From a virus (lineage: Duplodnaviria > Caudoviricetes), in the IMG/VR virus record IMGVR_UViG_3300042327_001260, positions 32,001 to 96,000 of that record: 64,000 bases of DNA. The stretch is one strand, 5' to 3'. Below are positions 48,200-57,121 of the stretch, one piece after another (positions within the stretch are counted from its first letter, which is position 1; each line of letters starts with the position of its first letter). The position numbers and the translations under genes were made by a program. Below the pieces are notes generated by a model. It did no database searches. It worked only from the letters and a program-made list of their open reading frames with translations, and was not told the DNA's origin.

Positions 48200-50225
48200 A
48201 AAAGTTTACATAACTGAATCTGAAAAAGAAAATATATTAAAACTACACAAAAAGTTAAACGAAGAAACAGGTTTATCTATTGGTGGTAAAGTTTTGGATA
48301 TTATAACTAATGAACCTGTTTTTGATGCAACAGTTACTCTAACTTTGTCGAATGCAACCAAAGGTTTAGCAAAAACAAATGCTGATGGTAATTTTAAATT
48401 TGATGGTTTAAATTCAGGTGAATATGTTATTTCTGGATCGGCAAAAAATCAAGGTTATATCACTATAAGTAATAACATAAATTTAGAGGATAAAGATATT
48501 TTAGATGTTCAAATTTTATTATCCAAGAGTATTAAGGATTTACAAGAGGTAGGAGTTACTGTTAGTAAATTAACATTTTTAGATTTTATATTTGTAGATA
48601 GTGACGGTAAAGAAATACCAAACGTATCATATTCTTTATATGATAAAAAGAAACTTATAGGTACTTACACATCAGAAACGGGTAAAAGCACATTAATTTT
48701 TAATTCTTTTGATTACCAAGTTAAAAAAGGCGAATCAGTAACATATCCTGAAAGTAAAGAATACGGTTATTTTTATAGTCAAGGTAAAAGTTGTGAAGAA
48801 GAAAAAGAATTAATAATTGACATCAAATCGGATGGATATATTGGGGATAAACAAAAAATAAACTTTTGTTTAAATAATGGATCATACAGTACTTACATTA
48901 CAAAAGAAAATGGTAACGTTACTGTTAAACCAACTAATGGTGATAATGGAATACCAACAAAAACCTCAAATTCTTTAGAAAGTAATATATTTAAAATTGA
49001 ACTTTTAAAACCTCAAATATCTGCAAAATTATTAACTTTTGATACTGACGATGAAATTTTACCAAATGTTAAAATAGACATTTATAAAGATAAAGATCGT
49101 CAGGAACTTTTTCAATCATTAGAAACTAATCAAAGTGGGGAGTCGTATTTAAATATTACTACAGGTAATTTTGATTTATTTAACGACGATAATGATCCGG
49201 TTAAAAAAGTAAGACTGTTTTTTGATGTTAGAAAAGATGGGTATAAGACGTTATCAGGATACGGAACCATTAAATATGGAAAAGTTGATGAATACTCATG
49301 GAATCTACCACCAATTAAACAACCAAAAGTTAAACAACCAAAACAACCCAAAGAGATAACAATAGGGCAGTGTAGAAGATTCACAAGAAAATACCATAGA
49401 GGTTTGGTTTCATTAATTAAAAGAAAAAAAACAATTGATGAATTAGGTGGTAATGACGCTATAGAAGAAGCAAGAACACAAGTTCAATGGTGTTTTTTAA
49501 GATATAAAGATGACTACTCAAATAACATGAGAAAGCTGATAACTAAGTTAACAAATGTGCCACCTAAATTTGATATTTTCGAATTAAGGTTCACTCTTGA
49601 TCAACAAAGAGATATTTATAAGGAAAGTAAAGACATGGGAATATCACACACAATAAGAAAAGTAATTTCTGAACAATCAGAGAAAAAATCACTTTTATTA
49701 AAAGAATCACAAATAATTAAAAATAGACTATTATTTGTATATAATTCTTCAAATAGAAGAACATTAAAAAATAACTTGTTAGGTGAAAGTAACGAATTAG
49801 TTAATAGTGGGTACGATAGAAGATTAGTTAAGGAAAATTTTTTAGAAATAATGAATACCGTTAAGGATTCAGGGAAATTTTTAAGTGACGTAAAGGCACA
49901 ATTAGGACAAAAAATTGCAGATACAGTAAAAGATAAACAACAAGAACATGAAATGATACTAGGAGCCTTTAATGAATTGGATCCAGCAATAGTAGAAAGA
50001 GCGTTTAAAGAAAACAGAGTTGACGAGTTAAGTGAGATTATTGCTAAAAAAGCATTAGAGAACTATAAAACACAATTTGGTGAAGCGGGAATTTTTGGTT
50101 CAATGGTTGCAAGTGTAGACATTGAAAAATTTAAAACTGAGGTTGCAAAATTGATTCAAACATCAATAGATGCGGTTTCAAATGATTTGGACAGTAAAGT
50201 CCAAGATGCCGTTACAGAAGATTAA
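48192..50225 (+). CDS. Leader-bearing protein with carboxypeptidase-regulatory-like (beta-sandwich) domains
   Basis: VYITESEKENILKLH..LNEE; IGGKVLD..EPVFDATV..TNADGNFKF.GL.SGEY. Confidence 0.8.
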   Translation: MIKKVYITESEKENILKLHKKLNEETGLSIGGKVLDIITNEPVFDATVTLTLSNATKGLAKTNADGNFKFDGLNSGEYVISGSAKNQGYITISNNINLEDKDILDVQILLSKSIKDLQEVGVTVSKLTFLDFIFVDSDGKEIPNVSYSLYDKKKLIGTYTSETGKSTLIFNSFDYQVKKGESVTYPESKEYGYFYSQGKSCEEEKELIIDIKSDGYIGDKQKINFCLNNGSYSTYITKENGNVTVKPTNGDNGIPTKTSNSLESNIFKIELLKPQISAKLLTFDTDDEILPNVKIDIYKDKDRQELFQSLETNQSGESYLNITTGNFDLFNDDNDPVKKVRLFFDVRKDGYKTLSGYGTIKYGKVDEYSWNLPPIKQPKVKQPKQPKEITIGQCRRFTRKYHRGLVSLIKRKKTIDELGGNDAIEEARTQVQWCFLRYKDDYSNNMRKLITKLTNVPPKFDIFELRFTLDQQRDIYKESKDMGISHTIRKVISEQSEKKSLLLKESQIIKNRLLFVYNSSNRRTLKNNLLGESNELVNSGYDRRLVKENFLEIMNTVKDSGKFLSDVKAQLGQKIADTVKDKQQEHEMILGAFNELDPAIVERAFKENRVDELSEIIAKKALENYKTQFGEAGIFGSMVASVDIEKFKTEVAKLIQTSIDAVSNDLDSKVQDAVTED

Positions 50226-50307
50226 TCTTAATGGCTTGAATTAGGAATCAAGAGGTAGTTCTCTTTATTCATAAACCTTAAAGAAAGGGAGGTGTTCTAA
50301 ATCTAAG

Positions 50308-50338
50308 AAAGGTGTTCGTAAGAACACCTTTTCTTTTT
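50308..50338 (+). terminator. Intrinsic terminator
   Basis: AAAGGTGTTC-GTAA-GAACACCTTT followed by a T-run. Confidence 0.8.
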
Positions 50339-50348
50339 TAGGATATTT

Positions 50349-50708
50349 ATGAATATGGAATTTTTTATTAGAAAAAAAGCAACATTACCAATATTAGAAG
50401 TCGACATTATAAAAGACGGTAGATTAGACTATAATCATAAATTGAATCTTAGTGCAGGTACAATTACTTTTTCTATGAGAGACGTTGATACAGGATTTTA
50501 TAAGGTGACGAATGGTACCTGTTATTATTCCACTGAAAACGAAAGTGTTTATTATCAGTTTACAAAAAGAAATACTTCAACCATAGGCAGATATGAAGGT
50601 GAGTTTAATATCACCACAAGCCAAGGGTTGGTTATATTACCTCTCAGAGATAGACTTTATATAAACGTTATAGACTCATTTGTGGATCCAGAATTTTGTT
50701 GTAGGTAA
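50349..50708 (+). CDS. Possible BppU-like (baseplate upper protein N-terminal) beta-sandwich protein; start may be 50355
   Basis: FFIRKKATLPIL..ITFSM..YYQF...T...G.YEGEF.I; TATTTAT at 50344. Confidence 0.55.
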   Translation: MNMEFFIRKKATLPILEVDIIKDGRLDYNHKLNLSAGTITFSMRDVDTGFYKVTNGTCYYSTENESVYYQFTKRNTSTIGRYEGEFNITTSQGLVILPLRDRLYINVIDSFVDPEFCCR

Positions 50709-51186
50709 CATTATTAAAGTAAATCCTTTCTTTGGTTCCTACAATTTGTTTATACCACTTATTTTTCTCGTCCATCCAAACATAAGGATCTTCAGGATTT
50801 TCATCCCAACCATGTTTCGAGTAATATTCATTATCTTTACGTAATAGATTTGCTCTGTGAGACGAATGGAACTCTTCGTTACCCAACCAATGTGGTAATA
50901 CAAATTCACCGTCAATTGTCTCGTATTCCATGTTATTTTTAAATCCACGCGATTTCCAAACATCAATACAATCATTGTAGTATTGTTTAAGTGCATTTAC
51001 ATAGTCTCTCCACATAACAGAACAAGGATGTGATGTCCACCCTTTATATGGTTGTCCGTTCTTTTTTGGTCTACCTGTGATGGCTGAAATAATTTGATAA
51101 GCCTCAACACGTTGCTTACCTAAACGTTTGTTGTCTAATGACTCTAATGATTTTCTAAAATCAGAATATGGAAGAAATGTTTGCAT
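50668..51186 (-). CDS. Pyrimidine-dimer DNA glycosylase / endonuclease V-like protein (MSMEG_6728 family)
   Basis: MQTFLPY..LDNKRLGKQRVEAYQI..HP...MW..PHWLG..HSSHRANLLRKD; TAAATTTG at 51192-51199. Confidence 0.85.
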   Translation of the reverse strand: MQTFLPYSDFRKSLESLDNKRLGKQRVEAYQIISAITGRPKKNGQPYKGWTSHPCSVMWRDYVNALKQYYNDCIDVWKSRGFKNNMEYETIDGEFVLPHWLGNEEFHSSHRANLLRKDNEYYSKHGWDENPEDPYVWMDEKNKWYKQIVGTKERIYFNNVTYNKILDPQMSL

Positions 51187-51229
51187 ATATACAAATTTAC
51201 ATATATTTATTAATATTACAAAATTTTTT

Positions 51230-52522
51230 ATGAAGATTATTTTAACAGAAAACCAAATAAAACAACTACAGTTAGAAATTAATAGAAAAAAAACTAATGA
51301 TAAAATAATTGAAGAAATTAAGTTTATCAAAAAAGTTCTTTTTTCTTATACTAATACGTCCACACAATCAGAAAAGGATAAATTAAAATTTGTTGAAAAA
51401 TATATAAATGAGATAAATTCTAAATTAGGAATTCATAATAATCTTTTTGAGGTTAAAAAAAATAACATTTACATTAACGAGAATACCGTAAAAAGTAAAA
51501 TTAAAAACTCGTTTAATTTAATTGAGAGCAGAATTAATAACCTTGGTTTAATTAAAGAGGCGGGAGAAGTTGTAAATCCTATACAACAAGTTGATTTTGG
51601 AACCCAAACTCCTGAAACCGTAAAATCAGATACAGAAATTGCTTCTGATAATGATGTTGCGGAATTTTGGGCGAAATGTGGAATATCCGAACCTAAAGCT
51701 GAAGATTCAATTGAATTTAAAGACAAGCAAATTGGTAAATGTTTTAATAAAATAATAAAAGATGATCCAAGTTACCAAAACGCATTTCAAAAAGGGTGGA
51801 GTAACTTAAAAGATTCAGGATTATTAATGAGTGGTGCAACAATTGCTGCTAAATATTTTGGGTTTAAATTAAAAGAAAAAAAAGAAGAGAAAGAAGGCAC
51901 AAAACCAGCAGAAGGGAATAAATTTTTAAATTGGATAAAAAGTTTTAAATGGTCAGCATTTTTTGAAGGGTTAAGAAATGTTTTACAAAGTTCAGGAGGA
52001 CAATTAATTCAAAAGTTTCTTTCATCAACAGGTATAGGGGCGATTGGGGTTACCGCAGCATGGGGAATTGTTACTCTTTATGATATTTGGAATTTGATAA
52101 AAGGTACAGGTAATTGGTTTAATTTAATTATTGATATTGTATCAATTGCTAGTGGTGGTTGGATTGGTAATAAGTTATCTACATTAAAAAACATGGTTGC
52201 AAATAACATAGACGATGTTGTAAAAACAATATCAAAAAATAAAAATGTAAGGGCGATTATAAAACCTGTGTTAAAACAAATTTCTAATTTAGATAGTTGG
52301 TTAAAAAGTACTATGGAATGGGCTAAAAAGAAATTAAATGCCGATTGGTTAGGTGAAGCGGGAAGTAGTGTAAGTACCGTTACCACTGACTTATCTTCAA
52401 AATTAGAGACTGAAATTGCAAAGGCTGAAAGTGAAGAAAAAACCGGAGGTGAGGAAATACCTCCACCACCTACAAATACAAGTAATGAGGAAATACCTCC
52501 ACCACCCACGAGTAATGGGTAA
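51230..52522 (+). CDS. Leader-bearing protein with hydrophobic hairpin and C-terminal EEIPPPPT repeats
   Basis: Start reassigned to 51230 (MKIILTENQIKQL); TATTTAT at 51204. Confidence 0.8.
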   Translation: MKIILTENQIKQLQLEINRKKTNDKIIEEIKFIKKVLFSYTNTSTQSEKDKLKFVEKYINEINSKLGIHNNLFEVKKNNIYINENTVKSKIKNSFNLIESRINNLGLIKEAGEVVNPIQQVDFGTQTPETVKSDTEIASDNDVAEFWAKCGISEPKAEDSIEFKDKQIGKCFNKIIKDDPSYQNAFQKGWSNLKDSGLLMSGATIAAKYFGFKLKEKKEEKEGTKPAEGNKFLNWIKSFKWSAFFEGLRNVLQSSGGQLIQKFLSSTGIGAIGVTAAWGIVTLYDIWNLIKGTGNWFNLIIDIVSIASGGWIGNKLSTLKNMVANNIDDVVKTISKNKNVRAIIKPVLKQISNLDSWLKSTMEWAKKKLNADWLGEAGSSVSTVTTDLSSKLETEIAKAESEEKTGGEEIPPPPTNTSNEEIPPPPTSNG

Positions 52523-52561
52523 CTTTTTTAATAAACGATATATTTATAATAAAAAACTAAA

Positions 52562-53383
52562 ATGAGAAAAAATAATTTATATTTAGAAAAATTAATTAGG
52601 AGAGCAATAATGGAACAAGATGAAATTCCTGCTCCACCCGCAGGTGCAACAGGAGACGATGTTCCACCACCACCAACACAATCCACTGTAACATATAATA
52701 TTATAGGTGCAGATGGTAAAACCGACCCAACAAAGTATACTGCGGATCAATTAAAAGGTAAAAATTTAACGGCAGACTCGTATGTTTATAACAAAACATT
52801 AGGGGCATGGAAACAATTAAAAGATGTTCCTGAATTAAATAATGTGATAGCAGCTAGTGGTGGGTCAACACCAACAAATAAAGGTAATGAAAGTGTTAGT
52901 GATAACGCAACTATGGATCAACCAATTGAGGGGGCCCAAAAATCTTTTATGGAGTATTGTCCAAACGCAAAAAGACTTAGAGACACCACTCTAAACGCAT
53001 ATAATAAACAAATGGAGGGTGAATTAGGTAGTGTTGCCGATGTTGAGGAGGTAAATACGATATATGATAAATATACGGGTTACCAAGGACAATTTGATAA
53101 AGATAAATTTTTAAAACCTTGTATGGATGAACTTAAAGTTACCCTTAAAGGTCAACCTGAGTTAATACAAAAATTCCAATCGGCATTTGGTAAATGGATG
53201 GCTAAAGATGGTAAAGAATTAGCCAAAAAGGCATTAAGTGCGGGTGGTAACGTTTTATTAAATTTAGCAAATAAGGCTCTACAGGCTAAAGGTTTGGGTT
53301 CATTAACCGAACACAGAATTAGAAAAAACACAAAAAGTCATTTAATTGAAATTTATAATTTAAAAAATAGAAGAAGATACTAA
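52562..53383 (+). CDS. Leader-bearing protein with GYF_2/DUF4339-like domain
   Basis: LEKLIRRAIMEQ; YTADQL....LTADSYVY...LGAWKQLKDVPEL. Confidence 0.7.
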   Translation: MRKNNLYLEKLIRRAIMEQDEIPAPPAGATGDDVPPPPTQSTVTYNIIGADGKTDPTKYTADQLKGKNLTADSYVYNKTLGAWKQLKDVPELNNVIAASGGSTPTNKGNESVSDNATMDQPIEGAQKSFMEYCPNAKRLRDTTLNAYNKQMEGELGSVADVEEVNTIYDKYTGYQGQFDKDKFLKPCMDELKVTLKGQPELIQKFQSAFGKWMAKDGKELAKKALSAGGNVLLNLANKALQAKGLGSLTEHRIRKNTKSHLIEIYNLKNRRRY

Positions 53384-53389
53384 AAATTT

Positions 53390-53416
53390 AAAACCCACTT
53401 AAAAGAGTGGGTTTTT
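53390..53416 (+). terminator. Intrinsic terminator
   Basis: AAAACCCACT/AGTGGGTTTT hairpin. Confidence 0.8.
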
Positions 53417-53477
53417 TATTTACATAAATAAAAAAAATAGATATATATTATAAAAATAAACTTTAACCTATAAAAAA

Positions 53478-53642
53478 ATGAAAAAATTATTTATTCTTTC
53501 TTTATCATTTTTTATGACAATCTCTCTTTTGACGGCTTGTGGTGAAAAAGGAACAGGAAACGCAACTGAAGAAGTAACAAAAGAATGTTGCGACTCAACA
53601 AAGAATTGTACAACAAACGTGGCAGATACTTTAACTAAGTAA
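53478..53642 (+). CDS. Small lipoprotein (54 aa)
   Basis: Translated by hand: MKKLFILSLSFFMTISLLTA-CGEKG...; lipobox LTAC; missing from the ORF track. Confidence 0.75.
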   Translation: MKKLFILSLSFFMTISLLTACGEKGTGNATEEVTKECCDSTKNCTTNVADTLTK

Positions 53643-53663
53643 TTTGAACGTGTCCTAAAAAAG

Positions 53664-53692
53664 AAAACCCACTTCAAAAGAGTGGGTTTTTT
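53664..53692. terminator. Bidirectional terminator between the lipoprotein gene and the tmRNA
   Basis: AAAACCCACT/AGTGGGTTTT hairpin, nearly identical to the one at 53390. Confidence 0.8.
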
Positions 53693-53695
53693 AAT

Positions 53696-54104
53696 TGGTG
53701 GACCTAGAGGGCTCCGACTCCCTCGTCCGGCTCATCTTGTTTAAAAGACGACTACATGTTTAGGTTGGAGTTTTCTAACCCCCCAAAATATTTGATTTTT
53801 AACTTGATCGAAAACAAGGTTAGTTTGTTCTTCACTATCGTAAACCAACAACCAATAGACGACTCGATTTTGGGTTCAGTCGTATTCCACCTTAGTCACT
53901 TCTGTTCCTGAGCGTATGTGAACCGGCTCGCGTATCCGTAAACTTCTTAAGCTACAGTTACTTCTTGAGTTGAGATTAGACCCAAAGTCTCAAGGTTGTT
54001 TAGCACATTGCCATTTGTAGTGTGAATCAGTTTTTAACGAGATTAATTCAGTCCCGACATGCTTCTTTTATTCAACCAATGCCCGTCAAATCCAATATAG
54101 GCCC
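53696..54104 (-). ncRNA. ssrA: tmRNA
   Basis: 5' GGGCCUA pairs with 3' UAGGUCC-ACCA (G3:U70 Ala determinant); GGAUUUGAC D-loop; T-arm; tag frame 54012-53947 GNVLNNLETLGLISTQEVTVA*. Confidence 0.92.
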
Positions 54105-54137
54105 CTATATCGTAATTTTATTTTCAAAGAACTTATA

Positions 54138-54145
54138 CAAAGATA
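54138..54145 (-). promoter_or_regulatory. Bacteroidota -7 element TATCTTTG driving the tmRNA
   Basis: TAnnTTTG match about 35 nt upstream of the mature 5' end. Confidence 0.65.
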
Positions 54146-54181
54146 ATACATTTGTTTTGATTATCCAATATATTTATAAAT

Positions 54182-55318
54182 ATGTTAAGAAAAAAATTTA
54201 TTTTTGAAAATGATGAAAATGACGATGAAAACGAAAAATCGGATTTTCAAAAAATATTAGATTTAAATAAAAAAAGAGTTCATTACTCTGACGTTTATTT
54301 TGAAACATCGGAAGGTGAAGATTTTTCAGATTATATTGAAACATCCCAAGACGGTTTAATTTTTACTTTTGATGGTGTAGGTGATTATTTAAAGTTTTTT
54401 TTTCCTGATGAATATGGGGATGATAATAGTGATGGTGGATATGATAGAAGTAACTATGAATGGATGTATAGTGGTCGTTGGAATTGGTACGATGAGTTCT
54501 ATGATAGAACATCTGATGATTGGGGTGAGGGGTATATTGTTGATGCATTTAAATCTGAACATATTGAAATCCTTGAAAAAATGGCAACTATCGCGTCTCC
54601 AAGTATTTTAAAATACATAGAAAAAAGTAAAAAGGGTTGGAGTATAACAGAAAATAAACCTGTCGTTGATTTTTTATCATCAATTGGTTTAGAAGATACC
54701 TTAATAGACATATTCATTGATGCACAGGTGGCTGCGGTAGAAAATGAGGTGGTTAAAGGAATTGAAAGTACCTATTGTAATTGTTTAACTGATGTTGGAA
54801 TTGAAAGATATTCAAATAAGTATTGTTTTTGGAAATACGAACTAGATTGGGGTTCAGCAATTTTACTTTTTGTACGTTTTGGAACTGAAAATGATAGACT
54901 TTTAGATTTATTATTTGAGGCAATTAAAAAAACAAGCGTTTCGCACCTTCCTGAATATTATGAAATGCAACATTACTTTTGGAATAGGGACGAATTTGAT
55001 TCGGTATGGATACCAAAAATTAAAAAAGTTTTAGAAGATAAATTAGAAGAGTTAGAAGAAAATATAGATAATAAAGAATATTATGAGGTTTTAGATAAAG
55101 TCATTTCTATTGGTGGAATACAAGATTGGATTAGTACTAAAGATAAAAAACACGAAATTTATATTAGAGGAATTGATCCAGAAACATTAAAAATAACCTA
55201 TAATATTAGAGAAAAAAATAAATGGGGTGGTTCTAATAAAGAGGGTATTACCGACATAGATTCTATTTTGAATATATTAAACGTTGGCTCCCTCTTCGAT
55301 AGAATGGATTATAGATAA
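54182..55318 (+). CDS. Acidic hypothetical protein
   Basis: 378 aa; TATTTAT at 54171; short MLRKKFIFE N-terminus. Confidence 0.8.
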   Translation: MLRKKFIFENDENDDENEKSDFQKILDLNKKRVHYSDVYFETSEGEDFSDYIETSQDGLIFTFDGVGDYLKFFFPDEYGDDNSDGGYDRSNYEWMYSGRWNWYDEFYDRTSDDWGEGYIVDAFKSEHIEILEKMATIASPSILKYIEKSKKGWSITENKPVVDFLSSIGLEDTLIDIFIDAQVAAVENEVVKGIESTYCNCLTDVGIERYSNKYCFWKYELDWGSAILLFVRFGTENDRLLDLLFEAIKKTSVSHLPEYYEMQHYFWNRDEFDSVWIPKIKKVLEDKLEELEENIDNKEYYEVLDKVISIGGIQDWISTKDKKHEIYIRGIDPETLKITYNIREKNKWGGSNKEGITDIDSILNILNVGSLFDRMDYR

Positions 55319-56368
55319 TTAATTAGATAATAGTCTTTCTCTAATAATTTCATATAGAGCAGGTAAATCATCGTCTGACACAAAAAAAGGATTACCGTCA
55401 AAACCGTCAATTAAGTATAAACCATCTTTATCTTCAATAACATCGATAGTTTCAAGATTGTGAATTGTTTCGGTTTCTTCATCCTCATAGTCATCATCAT
55501 ATTGTAAAAGTGAGTTCATTACCGTTTGAGGTGTGTAAACAATTGGTTTATAAACGTATTCGTATTTTTTATACCCAAGTTCTTTAACCATGTTTTTTCC
55601 GGCATCAATTGCACATTTAACATCATCAATAGATACAAACTCTTGGTTTGAGTGCATATTGTAATATCCACAAGACATGTTAATACAAGAAACGTCAGCC
55701 TTTTTCTTTAACTGTGATACGTCAGTGTATGGGTGAGATTGAACCAACATTTCATTACCAAAAGAATTTTCAATTGCTGACAATGATTTTGTAAAGAATT
55801 CACTTTCACGATCAAACAAACGAACTCCCGAGCAAATCTCGGATATTAAATGATTGCCAGGGGCATCGTATTGAGTAATATAACCAACATCTTTTAAAAA
55901 ATCTTCATCACATTTTGATGATCCGTGACAACCCGTTTCTTCACTAACAAACAAACCAATTTTTACTTTATCTAATTGTTTTAAAAGTTCTAAACAAATA
56001 AAAATGCCACATTTGTCATCTCCACCTATACCTGTTGGGTTGCCGTCTTCAGTATATGCCTTTAGACATGAAACCTCATCTGTACCAAATGATTTACCAA
56101 AGGTGTTTGGTCTAACAAGACTTTCTTCTTTTACAACAATTTTATCTACTTTTTGGTGAACGGTATCTGTGTGGGCTATAAACATTGGGTAGAACTCCCC
56201 TTCTGAGAGTTCACCCTTTGTTGCGTAGACATTCATCATATTGTCTCGATAGAAAGACACGCCTGGAATGTTTTCAAGTTCATGGCAAAGATATTCAACC
56301 ATATCCTCTTCTTGATATGTTTTTGATGGTACTGATAATAATTCCTTAAATTTTTCTAAATTGTACAT
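55319..56368 (-). CDS. M20/M28-family zinc peptidase
   Basis: AHTDTVH, GGDDKCG, SEETG, QYD, GYYNMH; start reassigned to 56368; TATATTTG at 56386-56393. Confidence 0.85.
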   Translation of the reverse strand: MYNLEKFKELLSVPSKTYQEEDMVEYLCHELENIPGVSFYRDNMMNVYATKGELSEGEFYPMFIAHTDTVHQKVDKIVVKEESLVRPNTFGKSFGTDEVSCLKAYTEDGNPTGIGGDDKCGIFICLELLKQLDKVKIGLFVSEETGCHGSSKCDEDFLKDVGYITQYDAPGNHLISEICSGVRLFDRESEFFTKSLSAIENSFGNEMLVQSHPYTDVSQLKKKADVSCINMSCGYYNMHSNQEFVSIDDVKCAIDAGKNMVKELGYKKYEYVYKPIVYTPQTVMNSLLQYDDDYEDEETETIHNLETIDVIEDKDGLYLIDGFDGNPFFVSDDDLPALYEIIRERLLSN

Positions 56369-56421
56369 CTTTTTTATCTTTTTTACAAATATAACATATT
56401 TATATTTAAAATACAAATATT

Positions 56422-57078
56422 ATGAAAAGAATTATAAGATTAACAGAATCTGATTTAACAAGAATTGTTAGAAGAGTTCTAAGAGAAAGTGAGGATTCGG
56501 CAATGGCTATCGGAGATGATCCGAAAGAGTTTCACAGACATAGTGATGGAGGAAATCCAGGAATTGAGAAATTTTTAATGAATCCCCTTGATGAGGCAAT
56601 CGCCGATGAATTAGAACAACAACTTGAAAATGACCCGTACGCTAAAAATACAAAAAGTAATTTAGGTAAGGGTACAGGTAAAATGATGATTGAATTTAAT
56701 TATAAAATGATGAGTCCTGTTGAATTTATTGATCAAGTTCAAGAAGACGCAAAAGAAGGTATTTGTCACACAATAACATCTTATGAGTATAATAATAGAC
56801 TTTTAAAAAGTACCCTTATTAAAGTAAGAACAAACGAAGGACAATGTGCTAAAGCCGGATCATCTACAAAACCTAAAAAAACCACTAAGGCTTGTAAACA
56901 TTCTACAAAACAAGTTGTATTGGATAATGTGAAAGGATTCCAAAGATGGTGTATTAGTTCAGGTAACTACTACGCAGAATATACTGATGGATCAACTTCT
57001 AAATGTTCAAAAGTTGACGGTATAATAGGTTGTTGTACCGCCACATGTTACGCAAAAACAAGAAATAAAGATTACTAA
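56422..57078 (+). CDS. Leader-bearing protein with Cys-rich, PG-binding-like C-terminus
   Basis: MKRIIRLTESDLTRIVRRVLRE; VKGFQRW..VDGIIG..T. Confidence 0.75.
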   Translation: MKRIIRLTESDLTRIVRRVLRESEDSAMAIGDDPKEFHRHSDGGNPGIEKFLMNPLDEAIADELEQQLENDPYAKNTKSNLGKGTGKMMIEFNYKMMSPVEFIDQVQEDAKEGICHTITSYEYNNRLLKSTLIKVRTNEGQCAKAGSSTKPKKTTKACKHSTKQVVLDNVKGFQRWCISSGNYYAEYTDGSTSKCSKVDGIIGCCTATCYAKTRNKDY

Positions 57079-57090
57079 AATATTTAAAAC

Positions 57091-57121
57091 AAAATCCCCA
57101 TTTAAAAGTGGGGATTTTTTT
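57091..57121. terminator. Bidirectional intrinsic terminator
   Basis: AAAATCCCCA/TGGGGATTTT hairpin between convergent genes. Confidence 0.8.

Noticed and set aside
53696-53735. Possible stand-alone tRNA-Ala
   Set aside because: The acceptor and T arms belong to the tmRNA; there is no anticodon arm, and the matching 5' strand is about 400 nt away
53468-54207. Track ORFs 53468..53677(-) and 54022..54207(+)
   Set aside because: They are antisense shadows of the lipoprotein gene and the tmRNA respectively
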